From Klebsormidium nitens (Eukaryota > Plantae > Klebsormidiophyceae), in NCBI GenBank assembly GCA_000708835.1, contig DF236954.1, positions 298,052-362,051 on the forward strand: a DNA stretch of 64,000 nucleotides, read 5' to 3'. Made by a program: the position numbers and the translations under genes. The first letter of the stretch is position 1; each line of letters begins with the position of its first letter. The notes under the pieces were generated by a model that saw only the letters and a list, made by a program, of their open reading frames with translations, ran no database searches and was not told where the DNA came from. Below, piece after piece: positions 39,120 through 52,800 of the stretch.

Positions 39120-40358
39120 ATGTCTGCAATGGGCATCTCGGCTGAGGAGCTCAGCACAATCGGCGGCATTGCAACGGTGTCCACGCTGCACGCATTCATC
39201 CCAACGCATTGGCTTCCATTCTCCGTAGTGGGACGGGCGCAGAAATGGACCCTGACAACCACGTTGGCAGTTAGTAAGTGCCGTGTCCTGCAATTTAAAT
39301 CATGGTCTTGTGCGTGACTTAGGTCCGAGAGATTTCTGCCAGGTGTGGAAAAATACATTTGAGTTGCTGATGGATTGCCGTGCTGGTACAGGAGAGGGAA
39401 CACATGTGAGACATGCTTAGATGCACTTCCTTATGGTTAATTGCATAGGAAAGAAGCATCTGGTGTGTACATAATGGACTTGCGGTGAATTGCCTTCTTC
39501 TGGCTCTTGATTGAGTCTTGCAGCTATCTTTCTAATACATATACCTCATTTTACTGTTTAGGGGCACTTACGTCACCATAGAAAGCTCAGTTGCTCTCGT
39601 TGTAAGACTCAGTAGGCCTCTTGTTTGATTGTTTCTGCTTAATACCGAAGGGATTCTGTGCAGTGGGGAATAGGATCATCTCAATAAAACATAGATCTGC
39701 TGGCTGTGACCTCTCCGCCCAATTTACCCCATCATACTAGGTCTCTGTAAGGATCATAAGAGTTGAAGTCATTCAAGAGGCACAGACTCATCCTTTTGAA
39801 TGAAGCTGACGTCCACCTTGTCTTCCCCTGGCTTGCGCAGCGGCACTGGGCGCCTTCTGCCACACGGCCTCTACTTCGCTTCTAGGCCTCGGCGCTGTGA
39901 AGATGGCGCATTCGGTGCTCCCCGAGGAAGTGGTCCACTCCTTCGCAAGCCTTTTACTGGTTGTGCTCGGTTTTGGGTACATTGTTCTCTTCTTAACAGG
40001 GCGGGGGGGGCACTCGCACGCAGGGCATAACCACAATATGGAGAAGGCAGCCGTGGCGGGTTTGATTTTGGTACCCACCCTTTCGCCGTGCGCTACCGTC
40101 TTGCCGGTGTTTCTTGCCGTTGGAAACAGCAAAGACGGGAGCTTCCTAGTCTTGGTCGTTGTTCTCCTTCTTGCCACCCTCACAGTAATGCTGGCGTTGG
40201 TAACGATAAGTTTCCTGGGAGCTGCCCAGCTAAAGTTTGAATTCATGACGAGGTATGATAAGCTGTTGGTTGGTGTGGTTCTCTGTCTAGTGGGCATTCT
40301 TACAAATGTGTTTCACCATCACGATCACGATGAATTGGTGACAGCAGAGGTAACATGA
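39120..40358 (+). CDS. His-rich multi-pass membrane protein, putative NicO/UreH-like metal transporter. Exons 39120-39273, 39841-40358
   Basis: STLHAFIPTHWLPF, HSHAGHNH loop, LSPCATVLPVFL, C-terminal HHHDHDE, several hydrophobic helices; the phase-1 intron joins in frame. Transport function is inferred. Confidence 0.85.
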
Positions 40359-41188
40359 GAGAACGCCTATTATGACCCCCGTCACCCATTTAGTTTGAAC
40401 ATCCAAAGAACTGCTCACGAGATTGTACAGGAAAACCAGCTTAAATTGCCCCCAGTCACTCGCTCATTCAAGAATCTTGCTGGTCAGGATCGCTTCTTGT
40501 GGCATTAATCCCATTGGATAGATGGGCAACTTGCTTTTGTTGTGATTAGCAGCTGGAAAGCATCTGCCAAGAGGCCTCAGGAATTCGTTATCCATCTTAA
40601 CAAATTCAGAGGCACTCTGAAGATACCGCCCTATGACATTCACGAGCTTTGATTCGACCTTCATGGTGTTTCGGATGGGGTTATGGAAGGCTGACTCGAA
40701 CAATCTTGGTAGCAATCAGCTTGGACGTGCACTATTCTATCTTGCATGAGCCTCTCTTCATCATTTCAAGGCTGGCCAGCAGTGGCCGCACACCTGCATA
40801 AGGGCAAGCACATTCTCGGATGATCCCGTACAGCTATATCAATTCTCGAAATTGTAACATATCCAATAATCTCAACCTGACAAGTGAGCCGGTACAGCCA
40901 CCAGGAGCCATTCATGAACGTTTTGCACAGATAGCGCGTGTGACGATGCTCGATGAGCTCTAGGCGGGTCCGGGTCGAGCGCATAGCGTATGGACATCAT
41001 ATAGGCATATAGCGTATGCACACTGGACATATTTCTGCCCACTCTAGTTGGTTAGGCTTGAGACTCAAACATAAGCTCGACTGCAAGGTTGCTCCTGCAA
41101 CCTTTTGTAAGTTGCTGGTCATAGGGACTCAGAGGGCGCGCTATGGCGCCGGTGCCTGTTTGCCCTATCTTCATCCAGTGCCGAAGCG

Positions 41189-41208
41189 NNNNNNNNNNNN
41201 NNNNNNNN
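41189..41208. other. Assembly gap (20 N)
   Basis: Run of N characters. Confidence 1.
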
Positions 41209-41875
41209 ATTAGGACTCGATCCATACTGGCATGACACGATTGAAAGATCAATCGAGTGCCCATCGCATGGGGTTTGGCATGTAGCCAGTTCCCTTGCGC
41301 CTAGGGTACGTACTTGCCAGAACTTGACATTTCCATCGAATTTGAGGCCCAATTACATGTGTGACACATGCGCTTGTTGAGAACAAGAACAATTCTGGAT
41401 CGTTATCATTCGATTACAAGCAATAACTAGAGTTGCAAATTTATAAACTGTGCGTCTCAGAGAGCAATCGAAAACAGGACCGTCATCACAGGTCAGTGCA
41501 CTCATGACCAGTCAAAGATCGTCCGATGGAGAATTACAACGTCAACTGATTCATTTGGTCAGATAAGCTCGCTTGGATGATAAAGCTCGCATTTCAGCTC
41601 CATTTTTATATCTTCGATACGAAGCAATCTCCTTCCACTGGCTCTTTCTGGACTTGGAGAAAGATGGTACATATTCGAACCAGACTCCATGTCCTGGAAC
41701 GCCTGTTGATGGATTTGAGCATCTCTCAATCTTCCATTGGGGCACAGTGCGTTCAAAATGATTACCAAGTTATTGGGCAGGTTGCAGAACAGTGTTATAT
41801 GTGCCAGATACATCATTCTGAGTCGTTTCAATGATGAATTCACTGATTGCTTTGAAAAGGTCCATTAGACTCGTC

Positions 41876-43223
41876 TTAGCTTTCCTCTATAGGGCGCAAA
41901 AACTCCTCCGCCGCTACTTCTTCCGGCGGCCTCCACTTTGGCACTGGCTCATCATCAAAAACTGCATCTTCTTTTGGATTGGGCGGGTCATAGTCCCTCT
42001 TCTTTATGATCCCCGGTAAGAAGGCTTCAATAAAAGGGGGACCAGTAAAGAAAGAAACCGCTAGCACTGCTAGTGGCCTTAGAAGGCCCCCCACTTTGAA
42101 GTATTTAAAGATCAGCTCGGTGCCAATCATGCTGCCCTGGCTGCGAACAGAGCAAACGGTCTACATCAAGATGAGCACCAGGCACTCTCAGCTGTGATTA
42201 TAAAAGCCAAGTGGGGCCATACTGTAATCTTGACGATGTTACTTGACGCTGCTATGACAAGATAGTTGTTTTCCCACAGCCTACAACTTCCTTTCTTGGC
42301 ACAACGAAACATTCTTGATCCCTGGGCTTGATTCATCCTACTGCAAAAGGCTAGACATCACTAGTGGAGCTGTCACAGACATTCATTTCTCGGCGCTGCT
42401 ATAACAAGATAATTGTTCACCCACAGCCTACAACAGCTTAGATTAGCATAACAAAAATTCTGGAGCTGATCTAGTATACTGCAGAAGGCTAGAGATTTCT
42501 TCTGAAGCTGTCATAGACGTTACTTTCTCCAATTCAAACCATGACAATACAAACTTATTGTGCACCAAACTTAACTTGAGGATAGAGAGTGGTTACTCAC
42601 AAGATTACGAACAGGAGAAGAACAGGCCACCTCCTGTAGAGTTTCACAGACAGAGCGCGCCGCTCATTGTACACTCTGCCCAGCCGCCCCAGAAGCGTGC
42701 TGTTCCACCAATTCCCCAGCCTTTCTATTCTGCGCTTTACTGGCAAAACCACTGCTTGATTGCACTGGTGTCTGGCTTCAGAAACCAGCTCCTGAAGAGG
42801 ACTCTCCCCATCTATATGGTCGCTACTTTGGACTAGGAACCGCCGCTTTGCCTGGATCTTCCGCTGCTTCTCATTGTCGTCCACAAACTCGCCAAAGTAT
42901 CCAGCTTTAGTGGTGGTGGCATTACCCTTCCGCTGCGGAAATTGAACACTGGGCCTTCCTCTTTCTCCTCCCGATGGAAAAATGCTACAGAAATCACCAT
43001 TCGCAATAAATGAAGACTCTCTGCTGCCACAAGGAATACCCTGACTGTGTTTTGACGCCGGTCCTGCGACCTTCTTTTGAAAAACTCTCAAGCAACATGT
43101 GTACTCTGCCAGAGGAAAGCGGGACATGCGGGCTTCGGAGCTGCAGGAAGCATGCTGCCCAGACGACACCCTCTCTAAGATAGCTCGTCCTCCAGACGAT
43201 AGAAGCACCTTGTCGGCAGCCAT
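41876..43223 (-). CDS. Unknown protein (about 295 aa) with two hydrophobic segments. Exons 43223-42601, 42140-41876
   Basis: ATG 43223 frame ends at ATC TT|gtgagt; acceptor gttcgcag| restores the frame into FQGSMIGTELIFKYF...LAVLAVSFFTGPPFIEAFLPGIIKKRDYDPP. Family not recognised. Confidence 0.65.
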
Positions 43224-43833
43224 TCTGCTTTGTATGAGAGGTTTGTCAGCTTGCTTCGTCGGAGGCGGCTCCAGCTAGGTGCTAGTAGTAGTAGTACTAC
43301 TAGTACAGGGCTGCGGACGTCTGGCCCGCACAGAGAAATGATCTGATTCTCAACAGTCGGACCGACCGCCGGCGTCCGCACCGCCGAATGGACCCTTTCT
43401 TCGCGCGCGCGTTCTCAAGTGTCCTCGCGCCACGAACATATCAGCACAGTGACAGAGCAGCGCAGCTCAGCTCCCCCGCAGCTCTGCTTCGTAAGGCTAC
43501 AGCCTGAGCAAGTTCGACCAAGTTCGACTACCTAGTCAGCAAGCTGCAGTGCGGCGCGGCAAATCAAGCGCAAAGAGAAACTAGGGGAGGAGATAAAGGA
43601 GATCAAGCTTCAAAATCCATGGCGGCAGTGGCATGGCCCGGTGCCAGGTTGAACGGAAGTGGAACTTGGCGACTTGACGAGGAAACAGAGCTGAGAAAAA
43701 GGTTATCTGCAAGGGCTCTGGAGCCAATGCCAATTGTGGCTAAAATAAGAGTCAGTCCTGCATCATGCAGTTTCTGGGCTGGACAGAACAACAGAATGCA
43801 AGTGAAGTTTTCAGGCTGTAGCAGGTGATAAGT

Positions 43834-46800
43834 ATGGCAACCTTTCACAGGCATAGGGCTCAGCTTCCGCCCTCCATTGCGGGGCCAATCTTAGCAACAG
43901 CATGGTCATGTACAGGGGAACCGACATTAGCTGTGGCTGTAGCTGGAGGGCATGTGTGCCTGCTGAACCAAGAGGTCAGTTTCTTGAGCTAGCTCTTGTG
44001 AGAGGTACCCTTCGGTTCTTGTTGATTGAAGTAACTGGCGTCTCATGATGAGCTGGTGTAATGCTTGGATTTACCTGAACCTTTCTGGGGGCTCATCAAA
44101 AGTGCGAATCTCTTGGGGTTACATTGGCAAGCATACGAGGAAGTTGGGCTAGCTGTGGCACTCTGATCGCTACATGACCAATGAAATGAAGTAGCGAGAA
44201 GTGTACCATGAAACAATGTACATTTAGACGATGCGGTGAGAGGTTTGCATGTCGTCAAGGACTCTAAAAGGGTACAAATTTGGCATTTCCTTTTGACTTG
44301 GATATGTGCGCAGAAACCACCACCACCAGCACGAACACTCTCAGAATAGTAAAGGTACATATCTGTGGCTCGTATCTATGAGGTATCACTCAGAGCTCAG
44401 GAACAGGCGGCCACAATGCTGCCATCACCGGCAGCAGAGAATGTGCATATGTTCTTTTATCCGACAAACTAGTTGTTTACCTGCCGTCTCTTATCTGCAG
44501 GGTTCCGCAGCTATGCCCGATCTACAGGACTGCATGATAAAGAATGTCAGAGAGAAGGACGCTTGCACGCTGGAATGGCATCCGAAGCAGAGAGTCTTGG
44601 CCATTGCTTGGAAAGATGGTAAGCGGTTTTTCAACGGCGTCCTTGCAATCAATCTTTCTTGGACAGCTTTTCACTGGTGAAGAACAGCAAAATCTTCTTG
44701 CTTCTGGCAGTAAGACAGAGTTGCCTGAGATCAGGCCTGTAGAAGTCCGCATTACTGAGACGAAACTACTTGAATGCTCCCTTGTTCATCTATTTTCCTG
44801 GCACATATATAACGTATGACCACGCAATAATATGATTGCCAATCTGGTTCTCCAACTCGCTTCTTCAGGCGGAGTGTCTCTGTGGAAGGAGCAGGACAGA
44901 AAGCTGGCAGATGACACCAGCGGCCACAAAAGGCCAGTCAGCTGCATGGCATGGAATGCAGAGGGGACGCGCCTAGTCACTGGAGACCAGGTGAGGAAAA
45001 CGAAAACGTTACTTGTCCGGCGCAACCGCAGTTCAGAGGAAGTCAGCATCAGCAATCAGTCGTGTTGTGGTTGTCAAGCTTCCTGCAAATAGAACCATTG
45101 GGGAAGGCGTTCTCAATGAAATCTGGCTACTAATGCAAGCACGAAACACACCCACGTTCCACCAGGAGGCTCTCAACAGCGCAACATAGGAAATGATCGC
45201 TGAAAGTCGGCTGAATCTTCTTGCAGGAAGGGAAGCTGGTGGTCTGGAAGATGGATCTGAGGGGCAAGCCCACCGCTGTCTCCAGATACGCAGAGAAGCA
45301 GGACGCTGTGATCAGCCATATACGCTTTGACACCTGTGCAGCACCCCCTGCAGATTTTGTGTAAGTGCACTAGACCACCAGAAGCGCTCACTTGAGCTTG
45401 GGTTGAATGCCCCCATAATCCTGGAAGACAAGCGGGTTCTTCATACTTACCCGACAGTCACTACCAGAACGCTTGATCTCGTTCCCTAAAGTCAGAGGTG
45501 CAGGTTGGGTAAGACCGATAGCAAGTTTCTCAAAGTTGGACTGGATAAGTTGCCGCATCGTCGGTTGAAAGTGAGTTTTAAGAGATTGCGCATTACGCTC
45601 AACTGATGTTACCTCAAAGGCGTGGCAAACTAGTCGCCAGAACACTCGTCTCAAAGCTCTGAACCATCGACCGTTGGTTCAGGGATCCCAACCTTCCCCC
45701 GCCGTGCCCTCCCTTCTACTATGCTGCCTCCTCACCTGGAAAGGGCGCAATCTGCCATGCAGACGACCGGGTAAGAGGCGTTGGTCACAGGGCGCCCTCA
45801 ATTTTAGGCTGTCGAGCTTTGGACTGTATCAAATTGTCTTTCTTGGCAACACAGGGAAACTCCGGAATGGTTGACTGGGCATGAGTTGCAAGTCGCTTCG
45901 TGAATGGGCAGGTGAAGCTGGATTCGCCAACCTTGAGGTACTAGATTCCCATTTGATCGCCGTCTTGACCATTGCAAGCGTACGAAGCGTTCCGTCCCGT
46001 TCCTATGCTGGAAGGGGACGGAAACGAAGCTTTGAGAACTTTCACTCTGAAATTTTGCCGAGGACGCTTCAAAAGCAGCATTTTTCTGAGGAATAATCTC
46101 ACAACAGACTTAATATCAGGGATACGACAGAGGAGACACGCCTCTGGCAAGGTTTACTCAGCACGAGGTGGTTAGCATTCTGCATGATGGCGTGTTATGC
46201 ATTCTTTGACACGTCGTACTTGTTCACACTGCAGGGTAAACGCGTTCCGGCCTTTGAGGTCGACTGCGAGGTCCTGGCGGCGCTCTACTACCCAGAGCGG
46301 AACGGAATGGTCGTCATCACCGCCAGCTTTACGCTTACTGTGCATGTGCGCAACGACAGCAAATGGACGCCAGCTACGAAAGTGAGCAAGTCTTCCAGCA
46401 TAATTTTTTCAGGCGGTCTATGTCGCAGCGAGCTGGTCGAAACTTCGTGACGTAATTCGTTACACATACTGGTGTGATTGTTACCCACTGGTGCTGAACG
46501 CGATAACCAGATTGGCGGCCCCTAACTTTGCATTCTTGCACCAGCTTGTTGTACTGGATATACCGGACGCCGTTCGAAGTCTGCATCCGCTTTGGCTTTC
46601 TTTGGCTTGCATTTTCTTGATGTGTATGCTCCTGCATACAAGTCCAAAGTAGCTCTTTGCATAAAATGGATTTTGACATGGAAGACTCAAAGTATCGAAA
46701 ACCAAGGATTTAAGTCAAGAATCCAAGAATCTCTTCGAGAAGCGTAGCAAGGCATCAATCTTGACGTGCCTTCTTTCAAGCCACTAACTCCAACGAACCA

Positions 46801-49800
46801 TCAACTTCCCTCTTCCAATCTCTACCAGGCCTTCGGAGATCATTGCTTTGAGCTCAACGAAGCAGTCGGCGCCTGATGTCGGGTCCTTATAAGTCTCGCA
46901 TCGATGTGACCGTTGAGCCGATGTTTTGACTTCTAAAGCGACTTCCTGCAGGTGAAGCTCAATAAGGCCCCTGACGTCACCGCGCTCCAGGCCACGTGGG
47001 CCGGCGCGCACCTGCTCGCGCTCGCCTCGGACAAAGACGTCTCGGTCCACTTGACCAACCTCGAAACCGAAGAAAACTCGATTCTGGAGCTACCGGCAGC
47101 CGTGGAAAAGTCGAAGAAGGGGAAGAAAGAGGCGGCCAAGATTGCGGCGGTCGCGTTCCACGAGCGAACGCAAACTCTGACTAGTAAGTCGGTTTGGGAA
47201 CAAGCTGCGTTCGGTCCAAAAACTCTTTGGAAAATAAATTGGGGGCACTATAAAATTGCTCCGACGAGCAATCAGGAGCGGCAGTCGAATTCCTTGGATG
47301 AAACGGAGGCTTTGCGATTCCGCAAGCATGCGATGTCCTACCTTTGTTCCCCGGTTTAAGCGAGACCCTCCTTGCCATCTCTGTCTCCTCTCAAAACTTT
47401 TCTTTGCTATCTTTTCCTATTCAGATGACTCCCCTTGTTTTACCTTCTTTTGTCATATCCAGGATTTGCTTCTTCTCATCCTGGACCTTTTCCTACGTCC
47501 AAAAGCACTGCGTTGCGTTCAGTCCAGATGAGCACTTTTCAGCTTCACGTTAAGCCTAATCTCATCTTCGCTCCTCAGTCGGCGCTACTGATGGCGTCGT
47601 CCACATGTGGAAGTCGCGCGCGGCCTTCGGAGCCGCGTCGCCTCGTACCGCGCTCTCCGCGGCCGCGGAAGGCGCCGAAACCGACTGGGAGCCGCTGCCC
47701 GCCGTCGACGTTGCGAGCAAGATTGCTGTGTTGAGATGGGGTAAGAGAATTTTTGCTCAAGGACCAGAGGAGGTATGGAAGAGGGCACAGATGAAAGTGG
47801 CTTTCTGGATGTATCATGCCTTCCGTTTCTGGGCAGAACTGCAGAAGAAGTAACGGAAGACAGCTTATGACGGGAGCTTTTACCTTCTTGCTTGGCACCA
47901 AGAAAGTTCTGTTTGCAGGATGGATTAGGTAAAGAGGAAATAACTGCAAAGCACAAATAAAAAAGTCACCTAAATTGAGCGACTATCTGAATGATTGCCT
48001 AAGTGCCATCCGATGTAGCGGCTGCTCACTTCGTTTCGCAGTCGTTGCGAGAGTGTATCCCTTCCAACTTCCTGCGAGCACGGAATGGGATCTATGTAGG
48101 ATGTAGAGCGTCAATTCTGACATGCATACAGAGAAATAAAGTGGGACGAAGAAAATGTCGTCGAAGCCAAAGATGGTGGTTCCTTGCAAAGTAGGGTTCC
48201 TTTTCATTTCTTTGACCACGTACCCACAAAACCGTTTTCTTTAAGTTTCGAAAAACGATTTTGCCAGCCATCATGCTCCGCCCGTTTATGCAGCGGCGAG
48301 CGATGACGTCATCGCCGCGATGACGCAAGAAGGTCTACAATCGCTGATCCGATATCCGTTGGCGAGGCGACTGAAGGGCGGGATGGCGCTGCTACAAACT
48401 GGCCCCAGCAGGGTGGCCGTCGAAAGCGTTGACGGGACAAACAGCCAGGTACTGCTAACACAGAGAAATTCAAGTGCAGTGGCAGAGTAGGAAGGAACAT
48501 CATGGGCAATCACTGAGCGGACTAGAACGACCAGTGATGTCGGGGTTCATTTTGCAATTAGCCGCAATTAATTGGAGGAGAACTGGTGATAATCAATGCT
48601 TTTCTACTGCTGATGTTTCTTTTACTTGACTAGCCTTTCTCGTCTTCACTCTTGTCCATCATGTCGAAAAAATCTTCGAGCTTCTTTCGGCCGTATAGGG
48701 TGCCTGGAAGAGCTACGGGGACGCACCAGAACGCGTTCCCATGTTTTTACATGTTCGTCCCAAGATCAAGAGCCAGGAACCTTTGTAATACTCTCACCTT
48801 AACCGCAAGAACAAATTCCTCTGTCGCGACGAACCTTCATCTTCTCTTTAAGCTCTGATCAATTGAACCATAACGAACTGAGATTAATGCCCGGGATCGG
48901 AAACCATATTCTCGAGCTCTACTACAGCTTTCCCAACAACTTGAACTAGATGCCTAGGTCAAAACTCTCCTCACCCTTCGTACCACTCCGTGAGTTTGTT
49001 CGGAAACTTTCTGTAAAGTCTCTGAAGTTTACTTTACCTCCATGGCCTTTCCGCAGACGTTCGAGAGCCCGCTTCAGATAACTGGAGTCGACTTCTCCGA
49101 AGGGCGAGCGCTGGTTTGGGGCAAGCAGAAGGCTGAGGTGTACGAGCTAAACGTGGCGGGCATACAGAGGCAGGCCGAGTTTGACATCCGGCCGGGAGCA
49201 TGCTGCGCCATTGGTCGAGAGTTTGTGTACCGAACGGCAGGGAACGTTGTGGAAGTATGTTCGATGCAGGTAAATGTTCTTCACCTCCTTCGCACCCCCA
49301 ATAGTCATTCTGTCGACTTTTGCAATCGGACGCCTGTTCAAGTGTCTTTTCATGGAAAAGGATCAGGAGCACGTTCTGGTACGGAGATAAGTGACTGCAA
49401 GAGTCCATTTTGCACCCAAACAGACAAACAGTGAGTCGGCTCATTGAATGGAACCTTTGAATCTATCGAGCCAATGAAGATTGATCCAATCCAATGAAGA
49501 GAAATCAGTATACTTGTGTATATCTTTAAAGACGTCCAAGAAGGATCTTTTACTCCCACTTCGTCTAGCTTGGCAAGCTTTGACTCGTCACAAAGCATCT
49601 AGTATGCATTCTCAACTCTTCTTAACCCGCTTGGCAGGGCACGGTTAAGCAAACCCTGCCCCTTGACGAGGCGCACGGGAGCGCCTCCTGCGTCGACGTG
49701 CATGGGGACACCCTGGCGATTGCCACGTCGACAGGTTTCATCAAGCTGTGGCGAATCAACGGCCGAGATTTGAAGCCGATCGGCCCCGGCGCGGGACGGA

Positions 49801-52800
49801 GGGTGGAGATGGGCCCGGAGCCGCCGGGGCCGATCGTGTCCGTCCGATGCAATTGTACGGGTACAAAGGTGAGGTGGCTCTGAAAAGCGCCTTTTGTTGT
49901 GTCTACGGAGCAGTTACCCATGCCTGTGTAGAAGTTCCGATAGGCGCGGAGCAGCTTTGCCGTGCTATGGGGAAACTGTATCTGAAGCACGATGTCAAGA
50001 CTATAAATAAAGAAGCACCTTATAAAAGAAAGACAAGGCATGGCTCAACATTTTGGCATTCGGTTTTCTGTAGTTTCTTTGAAGCAAAAGCCCTTCGCTT
50101 CGGGACATTCGCGGAAGTGAGGGCGTAGTATCATTCCTGCTGCGTCCCGGATCTTCCCTGGAAAACAGTCCTGTCCCGCAGAATCGAGGGTGAGAGATAT
50201 ATCGTTTATGAATCCCCTCCTTTTGTTCGGATGCTGACTTTTTTGGAAAGCCACGTGTCTCTTATCTGGCAGGTCAGCGTGCTCGCGAGCGAATCGGACG
50301 GCTCCCGGCGGCCCGACTCGAGGCTGTTCGTTTACGAGGTGGAGCTGGATGCATTTCAAGTGTACGACTTCAAGTAAGGTTCCCTCACCGTTCCAGAAGT
50401 GCCTTTTTGAGCTCGCTGCACTTTGGTCAAAGCCATTCTGGATGGAAGTTGCCTTTTGAATTCCAGAATCGGATGGGTCGCACTGAATTGGAAGATCTGA
50501 AGGGCTGGGAAGAGCACTTGGCGGCGCTTGGTGACGGATTCGGACGCAAACCGCAGTGCAGAATGAAACCGTTTCGGCTTTCTTGCCAAAGTTCAACTTG
50601 TCTTATACCAGGGGGAAATGAATCGACAGCACCGGCTCCGCTCACGTCGCTGCGAATCGGACGCTGATAAAGAAGCAGTTTCAATAAGCAATTCTTCAAA
50701 AGCTTGCGCCGCTATCGACCGAGGCGGAATTGCTCAGCGTAACACTGTCCATGCTTGCACGAAATTAAGGTGCTGATTGAGTTTCCACCACGTCGGTGTG
50801 TACAGGCAGTCGCGCAGGCGACCTATCAACCACACGTGGGACGGGGAGGAAGCGCGGATGGTCGCGGTCGAAACAGAGCCGGTAAGTAAAAGTCCTTTTG
50901 GTTTTCGCAATTTCCGCTACCTTCTCATACCAACGCAAGGTGTAGGGAAGGCGAGAAATGCTCCAGGTTTTGGAATGAAAAGAATCTGCGCGTACATAGA
51001 GTGTAAACCGTTTTCCTCTAATTGATGATACAATTTCATCCGACTAGTCAATTTTCATTCCTAGGTTGATTCTGGTGGGCATCAAAGCTCGGCGTCTTTG
51101 TAAGATATCAATTCTTTCCGAAACCTGGAAATTGGGACTGGTAGGAAGCACATGTCGTGGAACAGAAACCCGAAACGACATTTTTGAACACAGGATTCGG
51201 ACGCCTCCAATCCGGACGGCCTTACCGTCAGCCGCGAGGCGGACGTCCAAGTCACGACGCTGTTTGCGACCGGGGAGCACGGCCTTCTGTACCAGGACAA
51301 GGTGGGTGTCTTCACAGCCTAGGTATTTGCGGATTCAGGGTCTCAAGGTTTTAGTGTCCTAAGGGTTTAGGGTTTCATTGTGTCGGGTTACCAGGACAAG
51401 GTGTGCGTCTTTTTAAGAGAGAAGAAGGTTGCACGACTCCAGAGAAAGTGTTCACCGCACGTGGCCTGCGAAGAGACGCGAATGAAACGTCTTCAGTGCT
51501 TGTCAGAAAATAAATCGAACCACAGATGATACTTCTTGGTACACAAGGACAAGTCGGTGCGCGCAATCCCGCAATTCACCAGATGAAGCAGCCCAGAAAC
51601 GCTGATCGGTTGCAATGACACTTTAGGGTTAGTAAACTCAAGATTTGTAAGATCACCAGCCTGGGATGGGTGAAACAAATCAGGGGTTCAGGGTGAGTAT
51701 GGGTGCGGTTTTTGTAGGTTCAAGTTGTAGCGTTTGGTTTGAGCTTACTATTCCTAAATTGTCGCGAAGTCTGATCTGCTCCTTCATCGCCGCAGGTCGA
51801 CGCGGACCCTTCTTGGAGCGCCCTCGTCGGCCTCCACGTACCCTTCCTTTTCTTCGCATCGAAGCCTCCAAACCCGCAGCCACTTTTGCGCGTGCCCATG
51901 CGCGATTTCGCGGGCATGGAGTCCGTCGACGCGCGGACGAGACGCGCACTTCTGGACTTCAGCTACCAGGTAAGAAGAGAGTAGATAAAGTTCTTGAAAA
52001 CTTTTGGTGCTTAGATTTTTCAGGTCCGGTGAGATGAAGCTGGCTCCCATGCTGCGAAGTGAACGAAATATTCAAATATGCCGCGAAGTTTCGGGTAGAA
52101 GGAGAGGGGCCAGCAAGCAAGTTCTGCTGCAGCCTTGCACTTCAGAGCAGGTTTGGCGACTGTTCGATGGTGGAATCGGAGAGCGAGGTTTCGTCCAAAC
52201 ATGCCGCACATCCCACATAAATCTTCCAGAAAGCGTGGGTGCCGCTAATCTTAGTAATCAGTCAGTGGTTTAAAGTACAGATTAAACGCAGCAAGCAGCC
52301 AGCCAAGTGCCTGCTGTTGCTTGTACAACTGAGAAAGGAATATTTCATTTGATTCGATATCTTTTCTTGGATGTTGCACGGAAGTCGTTGCGCATGTCGA
52401 ATCTCCTCACGAAGCAAAGTGTTCAGAATGCAAAACGAAGCAAGTTGGCGGTCAACAGGCAGCATGGACAAAGCTAACCATGCCCTGAGACTTATTCGCC
52501 GTGTGCTCTTGAAGACCAATATCTAGGTTTGGGTTGAAGGTCGAGATTTTTCTAGATGGCGGTCGGGAACATGGACGAAGCATACCGAGCGGTGAAGCTG
52601 ATTCGCAATCCGGGAGTGTGGGCGAACATGGCGTCGGTCTGCGTCAAGACGCGCCGCCTCGACGTCGCGGAGCACTGCCTGGGGAACATGGGGCACGCGC
52701 GCGCGGCTCGCGCAGTGCGGGAGGCCAAGGAGAAGGAAAAGGTCAGGAGTCAAGAACGGAAGATCATCGGCGTGACCGCAATCCAGAACGCGGTATACAA

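Noticed and set aside
43619-43828. Upstream ORF as IFT140 exon 1
   Set aside because: Would need a 26-nt intron; ATG 43834 ([12 protein letters not shown]) already matches the expected IFT140 start.
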